A DNA stretch of 64,000 nucleotides, from NCBI GenBank assembly GCA_016839815.1, contig JAEOTM010000047.1, forward strand, positions 47,620 through 111,619, written 5' to 3'. The notes beneath the pieces were generated by a model, which was not told the DNA's origin, did no database searches, and worked only from the letters and a program-made list of their open reading frames with translations. Positions 58,894 to 64,000 of the stretch are shown here, in pieces. The translations under genes and the position numbers were made by a program. The stretch comes from Candidatus Hodarchaeota archaeon (GTDB lineage Archaea; Asgardarchaeota; Heimdallarchaeia; Hodarchaeales; Hodarchaeaceae). Position 1 is the first letter of the stretch, and each line of letters starts with the position of its first letter.

Positions 58894-59769
58894 ATGTCAT
58901 CTACTGATTACTACAAATCACTGGGCGTCTCAAAGAATGCTTCTAAGAGCGAATTAAAAAAAGCTTATCGTAAACTAGCCTTAAAGTATCATCCTGATAG
59001 AGCCGCAAAAAGTGGAATAGATCCGAAAAAGGCTGAAGAGAAATTTAAGGAAATTTCCGAAGCTTACTCAGTGTTATCGGATGATAAAAAACGCCAACAA
59101 TATGATCAATTTGGTTCTGATTATTTTTCCCAATTTCGTGGGCAGGGTGGATTCCGTTCTTCAATTGATCCCTTTGAAATATTCTCTCAGTTTTTTGGGG
59201 GATCTCAGGGGGGATTTTCTTTTCAAAACATGGGAGGTTCTCCATTCTCAAGCTTTCAAAGTCAACCTCGTCCTCAAAAAGGCTCAGATATCCAAATTCC
59301 ATTTAAAGTGACCACTTCTGAGCTTGCGATTGAGGGTTCGATTTTAAAGAAAGTTATTAGCCTCAAAAGGCGATTTTCGGATGGAACAGAAAAGGTTGAA
59401 AAGATTCGGATTCCAATCCCAAAATCTGTTAAAGATGGAAAAACGTTAAGAATTCCATCAAAAGGAAATCTTGGGAAAAACAGAGGACCTAGTGGGGATT
59501 TATTGGTGAAAATCTCACTCATTGATGATATTTTAGCTGTTCCAATTTCAGTTTTTCTAGCAATTCGTGGATCAGAAGGAATGAAGATTAAATCTCCTTC
59601 AGGAGATAGTCTAAGTGGAAAAATTCCTGAAAATACTCGAGAAGGTGATTTGTTGGATTTTACATCTGATCTTGGAACTGTAAAGAAAATTCGTGTGGTT
59701 TATCGATATCCTTCTAAGCTATCTGATAAACAGAAGGCTTTATTAAACGAATTATATGAAACTCAATAA
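58894..59769 (+). CDS. J-domain co-chaperone, class B (DnaJ/CbpA-like, no zinc finger)
   Basis: [21 protein letters not shown]-rich linker, GPSGDL. Confidence 0.88.
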   Translation: MSSTDYYKSLGVSKNASKSELKKAYRKLALKYHPDRAAKSGIDPKKAEEKFKEISEAYSVLSDDKKRQQYDQFGSDYFSQFRGQGGFRSSIDPFEIFSQFFGGSQGGFSFQNMGGSPFSSFQSQPRPQKGSDIQIPFKVTTSELAIEGSILKKVISLKRRFSDGTEKVEKIRIPIPKSVKDGKTLRIPSKGNLGKNRGPSGDLLVKISLIDDILAVPISVFLAIRGSEGMKIKSPSGDSLSGKIPENTREGDLLDFTSDLGTVKKIRVVYRYPSKLSDKQKALLNELYETQ

Positions 59770-59790
59770 TCAATCGAAATTTCAACTCCC

Positions 59791-60120
59791 CTAAACTTTC
59801 AGATTCTGTTGTTGCTGCTTCAGACGAATATTTACTATTGTTTTTTTCCCAAGTCTAGTTAGAAGGTTATCAAATCCTTCTTTGAATACTTCATCTACTG
59901 TATATTGATACGCTGGCTTTAAATGATGAGAAATGTTTTCTCCAAGAAATAGTAGGACAAACTTAACTGTATAAATTCCAAATTCAGTCGTGATTGATTT
60001 AGTTATTATTCCCACTGATATCTCAGTTGAATCACTTATACTCTTCTCACAATACTTCTGGAAATAAGGCCATTGAGTGAACTGACCCATTACAGAAAAT
60101 TTTACTACAATCTGCTTCAT
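59791..60120 (-). CDS. Hypothetical protein
   Basis: About 109-113 aa ORF filling the gap; start uncertain. Confidence 0.45.
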   Translation of the reverse strand: MKQIVVKFSVMGQFTQWPYFQKYCEKSISDSTEISVGIITKSITTEFGIYTVKFVLLFLGENISHHLKPAYQYTVDEVFKEGFDNLLTRLGKKTIVNIRLKQQQQNLKV

Positions 60121-60324
60121 ATCTTTAAGCACTACATAATTTTTGATGTGTTAAAAAGGTATATTCTTAAAAATGATTTGATTTATCATAATTTATCTCT
60201 GATATTTCACATCGTCTAGAATTTATCAGAAGCACACAGGCCTAGGAGTTTATAACCAGAAGTAAAGCTATAATTTTACCCTCTATAATCTTGAATGTAC
60301 TTGATATTCTAATAAATTGGTAGA

Positions 60325-61875
60325 GTGATGCCCCCCATGACATATCGGCGTGAGACATGGAATCGTTTTTTACATACTATCCTTGAAAGAATCCCACCAC
60401 TCATAAGTTCCTATTCGGTCTCTGATCGAGAACTGATTAACTCTGTTTTTGATATACTCGCTGAAGGAAGAGTGAGTACACAAGAGGAACGGAGTAAATT
60501 TCTTATTAATATGGACAATTTTGTAAAAAAAACCATTGATGCCATTGAATACTTCAATATTCCGTTTTTATGGTTTGCAAATACGTTTTTTCTCAACGCT
60601 CAACGTTTATTGGTTGAAGCAAGCTTTCATGCGGATGACTTCATACAGTATCTCGTAAAGGTTTTACGGGGTGATCCACACACTCAAGGATTTTTTCAAC
60701 TCCTACAAAACAACACACCATTGAAGGATCTAATGTGGGAAGCTTTACAGTATTACTGTAACGAAATACATGACCCGTTAACAGAGATCCAGATGAAAAT
60801 TCTTGAGGTTATTTACTCAATGGTAAATTCAGATCCCCTACGAGCAATGGATCAGCATTACTTAACTCGAGAGATTGCCAAATCAGTTCAAGTTACAAAA
60901 CAATTTCGAGGGTTACATCATTTATTTTCACGTCTTGATGCACGGTGGGGTGTATGGATGTTTTCGGAGGCTTTTGGGATCAGTATGTTACTTTTTAAGC
61001 TTACACTATCCAAAGGTCAAAAAATAGCGGCTCATCTTGATTTCCTGTCCCAAACTAACGCTGTCCTTCAGATGAGTAATGTATATTGTAACCCTGAGGA
61101 TCCAGATGAATTTTTTGGTTTTCTTTATGTTCCAAATGAAACCGTCTCTCATCTAACTACATATCTTGAAAATAAACTCGCTCTGGGGGAGTTTAACAAT
61201 CTTTTAATTGAAAGAGTTATTGGTACTCAAGCGGGTTCTTCTTTAGTTTTGTATACTGCAGATAATGGATGGGAAGATGTCTATGTTCCTATCGAATTTA
61301 AAGATACTATCGAAAGCAGAAGACAGATCGAGATTAATGATCGACATTCAAGATTAGGATGTATCACTCCTCAATTATCTAATCGAATAAACTATAAGGT
61401 ATTAGAGTCTCCCGAACGAGCTATTCGAGTATATATCAAGACATCCAAAGCATTTTCATTTGGGAATCTACCAATAAAACTTGGAACGGACTATCATAAT
61501 TCAGTTTTCTCACAAGCTGATTTAGCTCTCTTAGCAAAATTCTTTGCCAAGAGAATAGCTGGACCCACTTTTACCGTTAGAAATGTACTCAATGAATTTT
61601 CATTAGATATGTACTGGATTGAGATTCCATCCAAATGGGAATGTACAGCCCCTACTTTTCTAACATTATTACCTTGGGCTTCAGTTCTTTCTTCACAAAA
61701 TAGATCTATTCTGATTGCTCCCCTCTCTGTAAATCTTCTAAACTGGATTAAGAAAAAACTCTCTTGGAATACTCTTCAAATACGTACAGTTTTTCGGGCT
61801 AAAGTATTACAAGAAGAATGGTATGATTTTCAGAAAGGAAGATGGAAAATTCCACCATTTTTACAGGCAAATTAA
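60325..61875 (+). CDS. Large hypothetical protein (possible winged-helix/Lrp-derived regulator)
   Basis: 516-aa ORF; LTEIQMKILEVI..LTREIAKSV is HTH-like; ends EWYDFQKGRWKIP. Confidence 0.55.
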   Translation: MMPPMTYRRETWNRFLHTILERIPPLISSYSVSDRELINSVFDILAEGRVSTQEERSKFLINMDNFVKKTIDAIEYFNIPFLWFANTFFLNAQRLLVEASFHADDFIQYLVKVLRGDPHTQGFFQLLQNNTPLKDLMWEALQYYCNEIHDPLTEIQMKILEVIYSMVNSDPLRAMDQHYLTREIAKSVQVTKQFRGLHHLFSRLDARWGVWMFSEAFGISMLLFKLTLSKGQKIAAHLDFLSQTNAVLQMSNVYCNPEDPDEFFGFLYVPNETVSHLTTYLENKLALGEFNNLLIERVIGTQAGSSLVLYTADNGWEDVYVPIEFKDTIESRRQIEINDRHSRLGCITPQLSNRINYKVLESPERAIRVYIKTSKAFSFGNLPIKLGTDYHNSVFSQADLALLAKFFAKRIAGPTFTVRNVLNEFSLDMYWIEIPSKWECTAPTFLTLLPWASVLSSQNRSILIAPLSVNLLNWIKKKLSWNTLQIRTVFRAKVLQEEWYDFQKGRWKIPPFLQAN

Positions 61876-62004
61876 TTAACTTTTGATCTGTATTTGTAAA
61901 GAAAAGCACCCCTTTTTTGAGAATATTTTTATAGGAAAAGGGTAGTATCAATATAACAAAAAACTTTTACTTACTCTTATGATTTAACAGGAGCTACTTG
62001 AGAC

Positions 62005-62286
62005 ATGGTTAGATTAATATTTAAAAATCGAACGTTTTCGGAAGGTAGAGAGGAGTCTGGGGACGCTGTTTTAATTTTAGATGAAGCTACTCAGACAGGG
62101 AAATTGGAATACTCACCTGGTGTCGGACTTATTATGCGAAGAACCGCAAGAAGACAAGCAGAGAGTATCTGCAAATCAGGATTCCTACTAGGCAACGGAA
62201 AACGTATTGGAATTGGGTTTAAATTAGAGTCAGAGGAAGATACCATCGCCGATAGATTAACGCAGGTTGGCCATGAATATCGATAA
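62005..62286 (+). CDS. Small hypothetical protein, first gene of the Rab-like GTPase operon
   Basis: AGGAG RBS; 93 aa; 12 bp gap to the GTPase. Confidence 0.65.
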   Translation: MVRLIFKNRTFSEGREESGDAVLILDEATQTGKLEYSPGVGLIMRRTARRQAESICKSGFLLGNGKRIGIGFKLESEEDTIADRLTQVGHEYR

Positions 62287-62298
62287 TTTGGTAGCCAA

Positions 62299-62838
62299 AT
62301 GTCTACTGGTGATACATTTAAAGTTGTAATCTGCGGAGATTTTGCCGTAGGTAAAACTACATTTGTAAGATCATTCCTAGATGAAGATCAAGTCCTTCTA
62401 GAGGGCTATAAGCCGACAATGGGTGTCGATATAGGTCGAAAAAAATTTAAATTAGATGAAAAAGTTCTTACCTTCCAAATTTGGGATCTTTCTGGGCAAC
62501 AATCATTTAAATCGATTCGTCCGCAATTTTACAGTCGGACAGATGGAGTAATTCTTGTCTTCGATATTACACGACAACAATCATTTTCTAACTTATCTTT
62601 ATGGCTCGAGGAAATTTTTAATAAGACAAATAGAATTCCTATTGTATTAGTGGGAAATAAACTCGATTTAATAAGTACTACTGATGATATTGTCTCTTTC
62701 CAAGATGCTGAGGAATATGCTAACCACATTTCCTCTTTAACAGGAATAGACACTCCGTATATTCAGGTTTCTGCCATCACAAGACAAAATAATATGGATC
62801 CTTTCATTTCCTTAGGGAAGTTACTTATCGAGAAATAA
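62299..62838 (+). CDS. Rab-like small GTPase
   Basis: GDFAVGKTT, YKPTMGVD, IWDLSGQ, LVFDIT, GNKLDL, VSA. No C-terminal Cys. Confidence 0.93.
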   Translation: MSTGDTFKVVICGDFAVGKTTFVRSFLDEDQVLLEGYKPTMGVDIGRKKFKLDEKVLTFQIWDLSGQQSFKSIRPQFYSRTDGVILVFDITRQQSFSNLSLWLEEIFNKTNRIPIVLVGNKLDLISTTDDIVSFQDAEEYANHISSLTGIDTPYIQVSAITRQNNMDPFISLGKLLIEK

Positions 62839-62857
62839 CTATTGTTTCTGAAAGAAG

Positions 62858-63775
62858 GTGAAGGTTTTTCGAATATTAGCGCTAACAGACATTCATGGAA
62901 ATATTAAAGCCACTAGTGCATTAATCGACCATTTAAAAACACAAGACGTTAATTTCGACTTGATGATAATTTCTGGAGATTTACCTGCCACAACACCATT
63001 GAGTGTCATGGCACAGTACATGCTAAAACATCCACTTAGCGCTTTATCGAAAACAAAGTATACTCACTGGGTTTATAAGGGTACGGGGAGGAAAAAGTTC
63101 GTATCTAAGCAAATATCCTCTATAAAGGATATTCTTGGTCTTCTGTCGACTCTTAATGTTCCCATCATCTACATTCCTGGTAATGTGGAAAGTTTGGAGG
63201 CAGTTGCGTATATTTCCAATTGGAATAAATCTAAAGTTCATATACTCGGTTCAGAACCTTATATAGAAGGAGAAGTACAATTCATAGGAGTAGGGGGTGC
63301 TATTGTACCTCCTTTTTACTCTGAGCCACTATGTGATCATGAATATGAACGAATGGTATATGAAAAAAAGTGGGATCGTTCACTTGATAGTATTCTTCCC
63401 TCTATAAATAAAATCAGTAAGAAAGCTAATATCCTTGTAACTCATGAACCTCCTTATTTTGAAGTCGAGTTTAATGATGGTAAAATTATTCAAGGGGGAT
63501 CTCAAAAAGTATCTGAAATAATCGATTTGATAAAACCAGAAATAGTGATTTTCGGCCATTATCATGAGTTTTCTTTAAGTATTAAAGTCGGAGAAGTAAC
63601 TTATGTGAATCCTGGACCATTAGCTTGCTATTATTACTCAACCATCGAATTTACGCCAGAAAAAGCTCAAGTTTTCCTTAATAAGTTACCTTCAGCGAAG
63701 TTTGATAGCATAAATAAGATATATTCAAAAAGAACAGCCAAGAACGTCCTTTATCGCTCGTTGAGGTTTGTCTAG
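62858..63775 (+). CDS. Calcineurin-like metallophosphoesterase (Icc-related)
   Basis: TDIHGN, SGD, IPGNVE, VTHEPP, FGHYHE, VNPG. Confidence 0.88.
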   Translation: MKVFRILALTDIHGNIKATSALIDHLKTQDVNFDLMIISGDLPATTPLSVMAQYMLKHPLSALSKTKYTHWVYKGTGRKKFVSKQISSIKDILGLLSTLNVPIIYIPGNVESLEAVAYISNWNKSKVHILGSEPYIEGEVQFIGVGGAIVPPFYSEPLCDHEYERMVYEKKWDRSLDSILPSINKISKKANILVTHEPPYFEVEFNDGKIIQGGSQKVSEIIDLIKPEIVIFGHYHEFSLSIKVGEVTYVNPGPLACYYYSTIEFTPEKAQVFLNKLPSAKFDSINKIYSKRTAKNVLYRSLRFV

Positions 63776-63777
63776 AT

Positions 63778-64000
63778 ATGACTATGCTCCAAAATCCTTT
63801 TGAAAACTTTATCTCCACTCTTATGGATGACTTAGGACTCTTATTTTCGAATCCTATAGAGTTTTTTGACACGTATTTCTTCTCTGCACCAGGATACAAC
63901 CTTTATAATACGATTGTATACACTTCCATAGGTATCCTTGCAATCTTACTTGTCGGAAAGATCATTGTTCGTTTAAACAAATGGGGAACTCAACGCTGGG
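63778..64000 (+). CDS. DUF63-family archaeal membrane protein (5' part; runs off the window edge)
   Basis: Manual translation MTMLQNPFENF..FFSAPGYNLYNTIVYTSIGILAILLV resembles the GYNxxNTxxY motif. Confidence 0.6.
   Translation, partial: MTMLQNPFENFISTLMDDLGLLFSNPIEFFDTYFFSAPGYNLYNTIVYTSIGILAILLVGKIIVRLNKWGTQRW

Noticed and set aside
1-64000. tRNA/rRNA genes, CRISPR arrays, IS elements or provirus
   Set aside because: No cloverleaf-like GC-rich segments, regularly spaced repeats, transposase, integrase or capsid ORFs were seen by eye. A tRNAscan/Infernal run would be needed to exclude small RNAs.

Overview
Gene-dense, AT-rich 64 kb archaeal chromosome segment, most likely from an Asgard archaeon of Heimdallarchaeia/Hodarchaeales type. 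This is an inference from the archaeal TyrRS, DGGGP synthase, AMP phosphorylase, a Rab-like GTPase without a prenylation tail, PGFE-type C-terminal anchors and GGTGA ribosome-binding sites. I found no rRNA, tRNA, CRISPR array, transposase or integrase. Most genes are metabolic: hydroxyproline dehydratase HypD with its activase, an AbfD-family dehydratase, two unrelated threonine dehydrogenases, GH130, glucan phosphorylase, PfkA and a Liv ABC transporter. There is also a duplicated secreted phosphoesterase + molybdo-oxidoreductase module. The best candidate for an undescribed system is 27417-38330. There, a HerA-type ATPase with a coiled coil and a 12-pair Cys/His tail sits divergent from a five-gene run: atypical small GTPase, probable tandem winged-helix protein, amidohydrolase, 1002-aa GCS2/YbdK carboxylate-amine ligase, and a CDC48-N-domain/VWA fusion. 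This may be a reversible amide-tagging (writer/eraser/adaptor/motor) module. Other highlights are a membrane-anchored SSUH2-like zinc-finger protein, a bactofilin-like protein, and tandem RHH paralogues with a visible operator. All family calls come from motif recognition by eye; no searches were run.
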